Source: Roseibacillus sp. (GTDB lineage: Bacteria; Verrucomicrobiota; Verrucomicrobiia; Verrucomicrobiales; Akkermansiaceae). Taken from it: 64,000 nucleotides of DNA. The notes beneath the pieces were generated by a model. The model ran no database searches. It was not told the DNA's origin and saw only the letters and a list, made by a program, of their open reading frames with translations. Shown here one piece after another: positions 20,801-29,016 of the stretch (the first letter of the stretch is position 1; every line of letters starts with the position of its first letter). A program made the position numbers and the translations under genes. The stretch lies in the NCBI GenBank assembly GCA_051251855.1, contig JBPOGI010000004.1, forward strand, positions 128,001 through 192,000, in the 5' to 3' direction.

Positions 20801-21637
20801 CAACTCTGGCTTCGGAAGAACGTTGGCAAGAAACTGGTCGCTCACTGCCCTCCCCGAACGCGCACGATAGCGGAAGGTCTCTTGAACAGGCTCCAATCGG
20901 TAAAGCCAGCTTCCCTCGCTCTTGGTAAAAGGCTGAACCACCTGCTCCCCCCCTTTGAATTCGAGTAAAATCTCAGGCTCACCGGGACCGGAGTAAGCGA
21001 GCCGAATCTCCACCGCCCCCCCAGCCATCACCTCCAAGTCGCCGGGTTGAAGATCGAACGAGCGCGCCCCCACATTCCCCACTTCACTAAACGGTGCCAC
21101 CGAGCGAACGAGAAGACGTCCTGCCGTTTGTGGCCAAATGACCAGCGCCATCACCAATGCTAACAACGCCGCGCCCACCACCCAACGCCATTGCCGCGTG
21201 CGTTGGCCCGGCTGAACCTCAACCTGCGCATCAACCAAAAGAACATCCTCCTCTGCCGCTTGCACGAGACTTGCTACCAGCGCGGGGGATGCCGAATCCT
21301 GTCCCGACAGCTCAAGCGCGGTGCTGAGCCTCTCCTCCATTTCAGGATGTCGGCTTTCCAACCACCGCGCGATACGCACCAGACTCAGCTTCTGAAAAAA
21401 AGGCCCGAGACCTCGAAAGAGAGACCAAACAACTGCTGCCATCCATAGCAGAAACACCGCCCAACGAGCCAGCGAAGGTAAAGGAGCAAAGAGCCAATCC
21501 AGCGCCATCGAGAAGAAAAGACCTCCCAGAAAAAAAGCCGCTACCCACAACCCACCACGCCAGAGCTGGACCCGCCGGATACGTCGACGCACCGCCTGCA
21601 ATTGGCGCTCAATTTGGCGAGTTTCTCCGGCCTTCAT
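17840..21637 (-). CDS. DUF4175-like membrane-anchored long coiled-coil protein
   Basis: N-terminal TM helices, 'ARWLESRHPEMEERLSTALEL', beta-rich middle region 'YPDYTGLP...D.FGL', Q/E/A-rich coiled coil, C-terminal 'VPDDYQGLVKDYFQ'. Confidence 0.75.
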   Translation of the reverse strand: MKAGETRQIERQLQAVRRRIRRVQLWRGGLWVAAFFLGGLFFSMALDWLFAPLPSLARWAVFLLWMAAVVWSLFRGLGPFFQKLSLVRIARWLESRHPEMEERLSTALELSGQDSASPALVASLVQAAEEDVLLVDAQVEVQPGQRTRQWRWVVGAALLALVMALVIWPQTAGRLLVRSVAPFSEVGNVGARSFDLQPGDLEVMAGGAVEIRLAYSGPGEPEILLEFKGGEQVVQPFTKSEGSWLYRLEPVQETFRYRARSGRAVSDQFLANVLPKPELLEVMVEKKYPDYTGLPTERDLLGESVQAVVGTQVGLAGLLNTAVEKATLALPDGQRVAMELEASAKEARFVGGFELLSEMEGEVAVEASHRLGGSAELTRFQVRATPDLAPVVTRLNPTEDEIKVRPEEELQLDYEVREDFGLGEVVLEVEAGKSGSLSIPQDLPDEVGRAQPRRFSGVTRFVVADLMEQLDGARELHVRIRAEDKVPAELGGPGKGYSGWLIIRAQKGAQSLAQQELRAQHDDARSSIEKAIREVREADKKMRQSWGALVDNHQNEQSQKAIQQAQEKLAEAQKKLSELNERMEQGIHAAKAPQVDEAKQDLAEALEKFEKVPLLDTKEERVKELENALSHSQEAIQTLEKLRNEIHQDRSKIEDLARLEDLAQKQSDLARQAEKKAMESESGESPSEQWQREQKAMAQEVKKQMYQRPEAMAEVFQQQAEQARDLAKESQEAAESQAKLAEMAQELAESGLVSAKDGEEELRAALRQAQTELANEISQKGKDPEQSSEAKRQSKEGQKKAYQAAKEVTQKQDEQAAKSSQEAAEKLKEAVESSSEAGKEQAESFAERQEQLAKAMAALEKGDTEESSQHLAQAEAIAKGEESSPQQAEASSQEESSSENESLQAEVAAMLESEQAAIAQEAREQLAKARSEGSPLANALPEAAAQAQEAKEAFSQSEPGEISKESQEAAEALQTASEQAEEVAQGGDPESKMAAEDLSDLAERQEQVSQAAEALAKGDLGEALAELQAMAQGDAEDLASEIRDIPQLQGSSLNQAGQEAQRGQQQAQRASEESTKGRLEQSSQQHGQADDSFQKAAQSLGKAAEQLQQKAAEASQRQTPQHQAPTSAAQMAEGFQSSESAARTESAAEAAQQARQAADALAQAAQASRQQMQGQQGQPKPSPPGESQQPQPGPPGEEAPESAEMQIAEADQGVPPELAKLGISVDDWAKIKASLQKDVGGQGGIDVPDDYQGLVKDYFQTMSEQ

Positions 21638-21690
21638 TCCTCGATAAGAGTAGGAAACAGGCGAAATCGCGCAAGTGTTTCAATCGAAGC

Positions 21691-23268
21691 TCACTTTTTC
21701 AGCATCTTAGGGCCCGTCACCGCCCCGTTTTTGCCACTATAGTTTGACCACTCGGGATGCTTGAGAGCGACGGGTTCTTCAGAAACTGGAGCCTGCGCAC
21801 CCTTGGGCGCTTTTAATACATTGGCCGTCATCTCATGCCATTTTTGGGAAAGCCGCTCCACAATTTCAGGGTGCTTTGCTGCCAAATTGCGTCGTTCGGT
21901 GCGGTCTTGCGCGATATTGAAGAGCTTCCACGGCCCTTGCCGAAAGGAAACGATCTTCCAGTCTCCCTCTCGGAAACCTCGATCCTTCGCAAAGAGAAAA
22001 TGAAGCGGAGGCCTCGTCTCTGGGTGTTCTCCCGCAAAAATAGGGAGCATCGAAGTCCCCGCGAGAGGCTGTGGATCACGCCCCGGAAACTCGCTCGGCA
22101 TCTCTACCTCAGAAGCTTGTAAAATCGTCGGCAACACATCCACCAGATGGGAGGGCGCACTCGTGATCGATCCCGCTTTCGCACTCAAGCCCGCAGGCCA
22201 ATGCACAATCGCTGGCGAAGTGATCCCACCCTCAAACTGGTTTTGCTTATAAAACCGGAAAGGAGTGTTACGCGCCCATGACCAACCCGTACTATCGGAC
22301 CAACTCGCTCCATCTTCGTAGGGCTTTTTTTGCATTCCCCGACTGATCCGATCATAGGGGCAAGCCCCATTGTCATTCACCAAGATAATGAGCGTGTTTT
22401 CGAATTCCCCCTTCGCCTTGAGGTCCGCCACGAGACGCCCCATCTCCTGGTCCACGCGATCCACCATCGCCGCCAAGGCTGCCATCCGGCGCGACTCCCA
22501 GTTCTGCAACTCTGGCGTCAACTCCTCCCAAGCCGGAATATGAGGAGGCCGCTCCGAGGCAGTTACTTTCCCTCCAAAAAGACCCAACTCATTTTGCTGC
22601 GCACTCCGCTCGGCATTGATGACATCCCACCCCACTTGGTAACGCTTCTTATATTTTTCGTAGTCTTCCTTGAGAGGTTGCAAAGGCGCGTGAGGAGCAT
22701 TGAAGGCAACATACAGGAACCAAGGCTGCTCTTCTTTGCGAGCCTCTTCCAGAAACTGCAGCGCAAAATCAACCTTCGCAACCGTGGTATAGAATCCCTC
22801 TGCAGGGACCTCCCATTTTTCGCCATTGAGCCGAAACGAATCATTCCCCTTAAAAAAATCAGTCGCCCCCGAAAGGTGGCCAAAGTAGCGCTCAAAGCCA
22901 AAGTCGGTCGGCTCTTTATCGAGATGCCACTTTCCGCTCATCAGCGTCGAATAACCCGCAGGAGCCAACACCTCAGGAATGGTCACCGCTCGCTGCAGAC
23001 TTTCATCGCCCGCCTGCCGACACCAAAGCCCCGTCAACAAGCTCACTCGCGAAGAGTGACACTTCGCAGTATTATAGAACTGCGAGAACCGAAGCCCGTC
23101 CTTCGCCAACTGGTCCAGAACCGGAGTCTCCACTTCTCCCCCATAACAACCTAGGTCCGAGAAACCCATATCATCGGTCATCACCAGCAAGACATTTGGC
23201 CGCTCAATTGCGTGAGCACACTGCCCTAGCAAAGAGGCAACAACGAGATTCCGAAACAAGCGGTTCAT
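21691..23268 (-). CDS. Arylsulfatase (formylglycine-dependent S1 sulfatase)
   Basis: RPNVLLVMTDDMGFSDLGCYG, signature C-H-S-S-R..LLTG, GKWHL, APHAPL, DNG, K...EGG. Confidence 0.93.
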   Translation of the reverse strand: MNRLFRNLVVASLLGQCAHAIERPNVLLVMTDDMGFSDLGCYGGEVETPVLDQLAKDGLRFSQFYNTAKCHSSRVSLLTGLWCRQAGDESLQRAVTIPEVLAPAGYSTLMSGKWHLDKEPTDFGFERYFGHLSGATDFFKGNDSFRLNGEKWEVPAEGFYTTVAKVDFALQFLEEARKEEQPWFLYVAFNAPHAPLQPLKEDYEKYKKRYQVGWDVINAERSAQQNELGLFGGKVTASERPPHIPAWEELTPELQNWESRRMAALAAMVDRVDQEMGRLVADLKAKGEFENTLIILVNDNGACPYDRISRGMQKKPYEDGASWSDSTGWSWARNTPFRFYKQNQFEGGITSPAIVHWPAGLSAKAGSITSAPSHLVDVLPTILQASEVEMPSEFPGRDPQPLAGTSMLPIFAGEHPETRPPLHFLFAKDRGFREGDWKIVSFRQGPWKLFNIAQDRTERRNLAAKHPEIVERLSQKWHEMTANVLKAPKGAQAPVSEEPVALKHPEWSNYSGKNGAVTGPKMLKK

Positions 23269-23336
23269 TCCAAGTCTACCTTGTTGTCAGCTTCGGACTT
23301 TCAAGTCGCTTCTCTCCACTTTCACAAGCTGCCCTG

Positions 23337-23533
23337 AGACCGTTTTCCAGATGGAATTGCCGATATCGCTGAGATGAGTTCTTTCAAGGACAAGGCGTGA
23401 CGAAGGAGTTGATCGAGACCAACGACTGGGAAATAACGCAGTCATTGGAGAAACTCATCCAGAACCATCGAAATGTGCGGCCTTGCCGCCTGACTCAACA
23501 TCGACTTGGGCAAGTTCATTTGGAAACTGGTCT
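23337..23533. mobile_element. MITE-like palindromic intergenic element (~197 bp)
   Basis: Terminal inverted repeats AGACCGTTTTCCAGATGGAATTGCC / GGCAAGTTCATTTGGAAACTGGTCT (20 of 25 match); nested inner palindrome GATGAGTT...AACTCATC; no ORF. Confidence 0.65.
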
Positions 23534-23549
23534 AGGTGAGTGATGGCTC

Positions 23550-24503
23550 CTACTTCTTCTGCCAAAGGTCTCCCTCTTCCATAATCTCCTTGGGCTTTTG
23601 GCTCTCGAGCCACTGCTGCGCCTCTTCACTCTCGGTCAAGTAAGCCTCCCAAAAGGCCGTGCTCAGCCCCTGAATCACGAGATGGTGATTCGGATTCTGC
23701 TTCTGCCCCCTCATTCCCGTATCAGAAAAGGCGTGGTGCTCCGCATCCTTCAGGACCAGTTGAAACTTTTCTCCTTCGGATAGGGCTGGAAACACTTCAC
23801 GTCGCTCCTCTGGAGAAGCGCTACCTATGGGGCTCCCATCTTTCGTTCCAGTCATCAACATCATCGGCAGAGATATCTGCCCAAATGCCTTCTCGGCTCC
23901 CCCCATACGAGGAGGGCTCGGGCTCAATGCCAGAGCAGCATCAATACGCTCGTCGTGGTAGAGCTTCCCCAAACGACCAAAAGTCTGCCCGGCTAATGCT
24001 TGGACTGTTTTAGCTCCATAGGAGTGTCCTCCAATTCCCACTTTCTCTAAGTCCATACGACCCTCTAAAAAATGCCCACTTTCAAGCTGCCACTTTTCCA
24101 ATTGGTCCAAAGTGGCGGGGACATCCCGCATCCGGTCTTGAAAAGTCTGCCCATTGGCTGCCGCAGTTAACTTTGAGCGCCGTCGTGACACCCGTTCTTC
24201 TTTCCAAACGGAATCATCACTTCCCACGTGCTGCATCGCCACCACAACAAAACCACGACTTGCCCACTGCTCCCCCAAAAAGGATCCCACCTCACGAGAG
24301 CCTCCTAACCCATGACTCAAAAGAACGACGGGAGCCGCCTTCTCACTCTCGGGTAGGTAGACTTTCAAGGGGACTTCCCGCTCACCATAGCTGAAAGAAG
24401 TCAACTTAGTCGTCACAGGGCCACCCCCTTTTAACGGCTCGTATCCCTTCACTATCGTTGTGAGCAATAAAATGAATGATGCACAAAAACAAAGTCCCCT
24501 CAT
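23550..24503 (-). CDS. Secreted alpha/beta hydrolase (dienelactone hydrolase/PAF-acetylhydrolase-like)
   Basis: SHGLGGS, nucleophile elbow GHSYG, TGTKD, AEHHAFSD. Confidence 0.85.
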   Translation of the reverse strand: MRGLCFCASFILLLTTIVKGYEPLKGGGPVTTKLTSFSYGEREVPLKVYLPESEKAAPVVLLSHGLGGSREVGSFLGEQWASRGFVVVAMQHVGSDDSVWKEERVSRRRSKLTAAANGQTFQDRMRDVPATLDQLEKWQLESGHFLEGRMDLEKVGIGGHSYGAKTVQALAGQTFGRLGKLYHDERIDAALALSPSPPRMGGAEKAFGQISLPMMLMTGTKDGSPIGSASPEERREVFPALSEGEKFQLVLKDAEHHAFSDTGMRGQKQNPNHHLVIQGLSTAFWEAYLTESEEAQQWLESQKPKEIMEEGDLWQKK

Positions 24504-24603
24504 CCTTCCTCAAACCAGTGACCTCCCGAAAAGTTGCTCAGAATCATTGCAGCAAGGGCAAGCGCCCCCTTTGCTCCTTCTCCCAAAAAAATGAACTCAC
24601 TTG

Positions 24604-24702
24604 AGAGTCGGCAGACTCGAATTGACCTGTAAGCCTATCCGTTAGAACCCATATCACAAATATGACGATGCGCAGTCACAGGTGAGGCTGGCCCGATACT
24701 TT
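24604..24702. ncRNA. Candidate structured RNA (~100-nt imperfect rod hairpin), family unknown
   Basis: Nested helices GTCGG/CCGAT, CAGACTC/GAGGCTG, ACCTGT/ACAGGT, CATAT/ATATG in an ORF-free divergent intergenic region. Confidence 0.3.
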
Positions 24703-24725
24703 AGAAAACCTTACAAATTACTCAC

Positions 24726-25583
24726 GTGAGCAAAGAGACAACGACCCTTCCCTATCTATTGCGACTACTCGATGACGAGCAGCCCGATGTTCGCCGAGTG
24801 ATTACTGCTCAATTAGCCAACTTTGGAGGCGACTTAAGTGACCAAGTCGCCGGCCTAGGAATCGACCTCTCCGATCGGGACCGCGAGGTGCTTTCTACTC
24901 TTCTTCAACCCGCACGACGGGACTCTCTTCGCCAAGCCTGGTTCACCCCTTCTCGGTCCCTGTTAGAACCTGATAGCGATTGGGACCTCTTCGAAGCTTT
25001 CCTCCGAATGATTTCGGACTTTCTTCACGACGGAGTTTCCCTACGCCCCTCCATGACCGACCTCTTGGACGAGCTGGCAGATGAGTCAGCTGAGCTTGGC
25101 CTCGATGACCCCATCCCCTTAGCAAGCTGGCTCTTCGACGGCGAACGTCTGACAGCGAACAAACGCGACTACTATAATCCTCGTAATTCCGACCTCGCTC
25201 ACGTCCTCGAAAGCGGTATCGGCAACCCCCTCTCCCTTTCGCTCATTCTCACCTTAGTCGCTCAGCGCCGCAAAATCCCGATTTACGGCTGCAACTACCC
25301 AGGACATTTCTTATGCTGGACCGACACCTCTTCTGGCCCCCTCGTCATCGATCCCTACAACAAGGCACGCACTCTCGCGGTCAAACAAATCATCGCGAAT
25401 AATCCTGGCATCTCGACCACCAGTCGTGATGCTTTGACTCACCCTGCTCGCCAAATCGATATGCTGCGCCGTGTTCTCTCTAACTTGGCCCATGCTTACA
25501 CAAAAAGTGAATCCACCGAGGACCTGATGCTCGTGAAGGAACTCACGGAAAGCCTCGATGAACTCGATCTCGCCGTCGTCTGA
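24726..25583 (+). CDS. Transglutaminase-like SirB1 family protein
   Basis: 'LLRLLDD', 'N..DYYNPRNS.L..VL..G.GNPLSL', 'NYPGHFL', 'IDPYN', 'RRVLSNL'. Confidence 0.85.
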   Translation: MSKETTTLPYLLRLLDDEQPDVRRVITAQLANFGGDLSDQVAGLGIDLSDRDREVLSTLLQPARRDSLRQAWFTPSRSLLEPDSDWDLFEAFLRMISDFLHDGVSLRPSMTDLLDELADESAELGLDDPIPLASWLFDGERLTANKRDYYNPRNSDLAHVLESGIGNPLSLSLILTLVAQRRKIPIYGCNYPGHFLCWTDTSSGPLVIDPYNKARTLAVKQIIANNPGISTTSRDALTHPARQIDMLRRVLSNLAHAYTKSESTEDLMLVKELTESLDELDLAVV

Positions 25584-26403
25584 AGAACGGGAAATTGCAG
25601 GCCACCGCTTAACCTGGCATCGCTGGCACCCCGAAGGAATCGACTTTAAGGCTGCTCTCTTCTTTCTTCACGGACAAGGAGACTACGGTGAGCGCTATCA
25701 GGAAGTCGCCGAGTTTTTCCTAGGAGAAGGCATCGCCTTTGCCACCTGCGACTTGCCGGGGCACGGACGCACCGCCGGCAAGCGCGGCCACATCCCCTCT
25801 TGGGAGCTCGTGAAGGAAGTCTCTGATGCCGGAATGGCAGAAGCACGCGCCCTCGTCCCCCACAAACCCGTTGGCTTTGGAGGGCACTCCGTCGGGGGGC
25901 TCCTTGCCCTCTTCCTGTTAGGTGAACTCGAAGACAAACCTGACTTCAGCTGGATCAGTTCTCCTCTCCTAAAGCCCGAAGCTGGACAACCTCACTGGAA
26001 ATATCGGCTCCTCGGACCGCTCTCACATCTACTCCCATCCTTGACCCTCTCCACCGGAGTTTCTCCGAGCATGTGTCGTGAAGATTTTGAAGAAGAACTC
26101 TCTAACAGTGAACATCAATTCCACAGTCGCATCTCTCTTTCTTGGGGACGGACGCTCATCGAGCTCGCTGAGGTCGTTGGCACTCAACCGGAACGCCTTC
26201 CCAGCCCTCTCCCTATTATTCTTACCCAAGGAAAAAGTGACCCAATTTGCCCTCCGCAATACTGCGAAGAACTCGCTCATCGATTACAACGCGACGATCT
26301 AAAGCTCATTCTTTACCCCGAAACCAGGCACGAACCTTTCGCCGACAAATGCCGCGACAAAGTCTTCGATGACCTTCGAGATTGGCTTTCGAAAACAATC
26401 TAA
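25558..26403 (+). CDS. Lysophospholipase/monoacylglycerol lipase-like alpha/beta hydrolase
   Basis: HGQGDYGERY, DLPGHG, GHSVGG, QGKSDPIC, RHEPF. Confidence 0.88.
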   Translation: MNSISPSSEEREIAGHRLTWHRWHPEGIDFKAALFFLHGQGDYGERYQEVAEFFLGEGIAFATCDLPGHGRTAGKRGHIPSWELVKEVSDAGMAEARALVPHKPVGFGGHSVGGLLALFLLGELEDKPDFSWISSPLLKPEAGQPHWKYRLLGPLSHLLPSLTLSTGVSPSMCREDFEEELSNSEHQFHSRISLSWGRTLIELAEVVGTQPERLPSPLPIILTQGKSDPICPPQYCEELAHRLQRDDLKLILYPETRHEPFADKCRDKVFDDLRDWLSKTI

Positions 26404-27467
26404 CCCTCGGGGAAGATTTCGTGGAACTTAATCGCCTCCGTCCCAACTGCGGCAGCAGTCCCCAAAAGACCTCGGCTAGTCACTGTGCGTGGCACTTGAG
26501 CAGCTGGACGAGAAAGCCCCAAGACCAGCTGACCATACTTGGCTGCTCCTCCCAGATGCCTCAAAAGCTTCATCGAAATATGAGCGGCATCAAGGTTTGG
26601 AAAAACTAACACATCTGCGGCAGGCCGCTTTTCCATCTTAGGCAACTTCACCTCTGCCGCTTCAGGGTCGAGAGCGACATCTGCCTGCAATTCACCATCC
26701 ACCTCAATATCGTAGCGATTATGCGACACGATAGCACGCGCAGCCTCAGTCGCCGCTCGGACCCGAGCCGCCGAATCACTGGCGCCCGAGTTCATCGTGG
26801 AATGGCTCAACATCGCTACTCGCACCCGACGACCGGAGTAATGGTTGGCAATCCGTCCTGTCTCGACGGCAATATTCGTTAATTCGGTAACCGTCGGCAC
26901 ATCACTGATACCGCAATCGGCGAGATACAGAATACCGTCAGGACCAAAGTGCTTCATCTGTTCCGAAACCATAATCGCCGCCGTAAAGGGGTGTTCGATC
27001 CCAGGCATTGGCTTCACCAGTTGCACGAGAGCTCGGTGAATCGTCGCCGGCAAAAGCTGGTTTCCTCCCACCATGGCATCGGCCTGACCATACTGAATCA
27101 TCATCGCCGCAAAGAAGTGACTACGGCTCACCGTTTCGCGAGGATTAGCCAGATTCACTCCCTTGAGCTTTTCAATGCGAATCAAGCGCTCTGTAAACAG
27201 TTCCAGATCATCGGCAGTTGTCGGATCGATAATTTTCACGAAATCCATTTTCGCGTTCATCTCAGCAGCCAGAGAACGAATCTTCTCTCGGCGCCCTAAG
27301 AGAATCGGCACTCCGATTCCCAGACGCACCATCTCGTCCGCGACTTGAATCACCCGCTTGTCCTCACCTTCCGAGAAAACAATCCGCTTGGGATGCCTTT
27401 TCAAAATTTCGAACAAAGGCCCCGTAAACACATCTGGTTCTGCCCACCCACTTCCGATTTCACTCAT
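26400..27467 (-). CDS. Phosphate acetyl/butyryltransferase (PTA_PTB) family protein with a divergent active site
   Basis: KRIVFSEGED.RV, ADC, RVAMLSHST..S, DGELQADVAL, VLVFPNLDA. The start is taken at MSEIGSG (27467) because the longer ORF overlaps the divergent gene. Confidence 0.85.
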   Translation of the reverse strand: MSEIGSGWAEPDVFTGPLFEILKRHPKRIVFSEGEDKRVIQVADEMVRLGIGVPILLGRREKIRSLAAEMNAKMDFVKIIDPTTADDLELFTERLIRIEKLKGVNLANPRETVSRSHFFAAMMIQYGQADAMVGGNQLLPATIHRALVQLVKPMPGIEHPFTAAIMVSEQMKHFGPDGILYLADCGISDVPTVTELTNIAVETGRIANHYSGRRVRVAMLSHSTMNSGASDSAARVRAATEAARAIVSHNRYDIEVDGELQADVALDPEAAEVKLPKMEKRPAADVLVFPNLDAAHISMKLLRHLGGAAKYGQLVLGLSRPAAQVPRTVTSRGLLGTAAAVGTEAIKFHEIFPEG

Positions 27468-27601
27468 AGTCAGCCATTTCCCGCGGTTTAAGCACGGGCT
27501 ACGGATGAAGTCTACGCCTGTCTCGCCTTTCTCACAATGGCAAAGCGCGTGCGAATTGAAGGATCTGGAGCTGGCGCGCAAAATCGCTATCTTCCTCCCC
27601 A

Positions 27602-28402
27602 GTGAGCGTCGACTATCACACCCATACTCCCCTTTGTCATCACGCCGAAGGTACCCCTGCACAATACATTGCGGCCGCCAAGCAGGCGCAGCTCCAAGAA
27701 TACGGCATTTCTGACCATGCCCCGCACCTCCCCGAGCCCTTTGATGATTGGCGTATGGCGATGAGCGACCTCCCCGCCTATCTCGACTGGATTGCGGAGG
27801 CACGCAGCCATGCGGGAAAAGACTTACGCGTTCGCTCGGGGTTGGAGTGCGACTGGTTAGCCGGGTGCGAAAACCACATAGGCTATCTCAGGGACTTTTA
27901 CCCTTGGGATTACCTGATCGGCTCCGTGCACTATCTCCCCACCTCTTCGGGTCAGCGCTGGGACTTCGACAACCCCGCGCACCTTTCTCAATGGCAGACT
28001 CTCACCTCGGGCGAACTCGAGGATATTTGGAACCTCTATTGGAGCAGCTACACCGCCATGGTTCGCTCTGACCTCTTCGAAATCCACGGTCACCCTGACC
28101 TCATCAAAAAGTTCGCCTTCACTCCCCCTGGAGACCTCCGCCGATTCTACGAACCTACGATTGAAGCACTCTCCACAACAGGTAAAGCCTTCGAGATTAA
28201 TACAGCCGGCTGGCACAAACCCTGTGCGGAACAATACCCTGCGACTGGCTTTCTCGCCCTCGCTGCCGAGGCCAAAATCCCCGTTTTCATCAATTCTGAC
28301 GCCCACTCACCCTCAGAAGTCGCTCGCGATTTTGAAAAGGCGAGAGCACTTGCATCGAACTGGAATCTCAACGTGCAAACCCGACTCTCGGACTCGCGAT
28401 AA
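27602..28402 (+). CDS. Histidinol-phosphatase, HisJ/HisK PHP family
   Basis: DYHTHT..C.HA.G, SDHAP, GLECD, IGSVH, HPDLIKKF, EINTAG, SDAH. Confidence 0.9.
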   Translation: MSVDYHTHTPLCHHAEGTPAQYIAAAKQAQLQEYGISDHAPHLPEPFDDWRMAMSDLPAYLDWIAEARSHAGKDLRVRSGLECDWLAGCENHIGYLRDFYPWDYLIGSVHYLPTSSGQRWDFDNPAHLSQWQTLTSGELEDIWNLYWSSYTAMVRSDLFEIHGHPDLIKKFAFTPPGDLRRFYEPTIEALSTTGKAFEINTAGWHKPCAEQYPATGFLALAAEAKIPVFINSDAHSPSEVARDFEKARALASNWNLNVQTRLSDSR

Positions 28403-28507
28403 TTTCCCTTCAACTTTTAAAGAAACCGGTAGATCCCCCAGCCTCGCCGGCAAGCCGCAAAACAGGCACAAATGCACGGTAGAAGGTTCGACAGGACCCA
28501 AACACGA

Positions 28508-28528
28508 ATTGACAATGTGTATTCTTTG
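28508..28528 (+). promoter_or_regulatory. 21-bp direct repeat copy 1 (contains TTGACA)
   Basis: ATTGACAATGTGTATTCTTTG; second copy at 28976-28996 with 1 mismatch. Confidence 0.55.
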
Positions 28529-28975
28529 CTTACCCACTTTCTCGCATCTCCGGCAAAGAAGCCCCTCAAAATGCTCCTTGAAGTCCTTTGAATCCTGCAA
28601 GGTCTTTACCAACTTGGCCGACGAATGATGATTTCTTCAGAACCATAAGCCTTCCAGCTACTTTAGAAGAGGCTTTTAACAACCGTCGAAAGAATCGAAC
28701 CATTGAGCACTGCCCTCCCCCATTGAAAAAAGTTCGTGAACGAAAACCCCTCCAATGGGGGATATCTAAAACCTTATGAACCACTAGAGTTCATTGGGTA
28801 AATTGAACTCCTCATTTAAAACCACCTGAAAAAAATTCCATAAAATTGCATTGTAAACTCGATTTACGGTGCGACATTACCCTCCTAGCTTATCCAATCT
28901 TCTTTTCTGGAAAACAAAAACCCTTGTTTTGAGGCTTCGCGCACAGCTTTAGACTGAAACTGAAAAGGAAGAAGC

Positions 28976-28996
28976 ATTGACAATGTATATTCTTTG
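28976..28996 (+). promoter_or_regulatory. 21-bp direct repeat copy 2 (contains TTGACA), just upstream of the Verru_Chthon A-like gene
   Basis: ATTGACAATGTATATTCTTTG. Confidence 0.55.
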
Positions 28997-29016
28997 GACG
29001 AGACTAGCTCATAACT

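Noticed and set aside
24625..24650. CCTGTAAGCC...GAACCC resembling the reverse complement of an RNase P RNA 3' end
   Set aside because: The intergenic space is too short for RNase P RNA and no GAGGAAAGTCC element is present.
27468..27803. 112-aa N-terminal extension of the Pta-like ORF
   Set aside because: It overlaps the divergent histidinol-phosphatase gene and looks non-protein-like; the start at 27467 is preferred.
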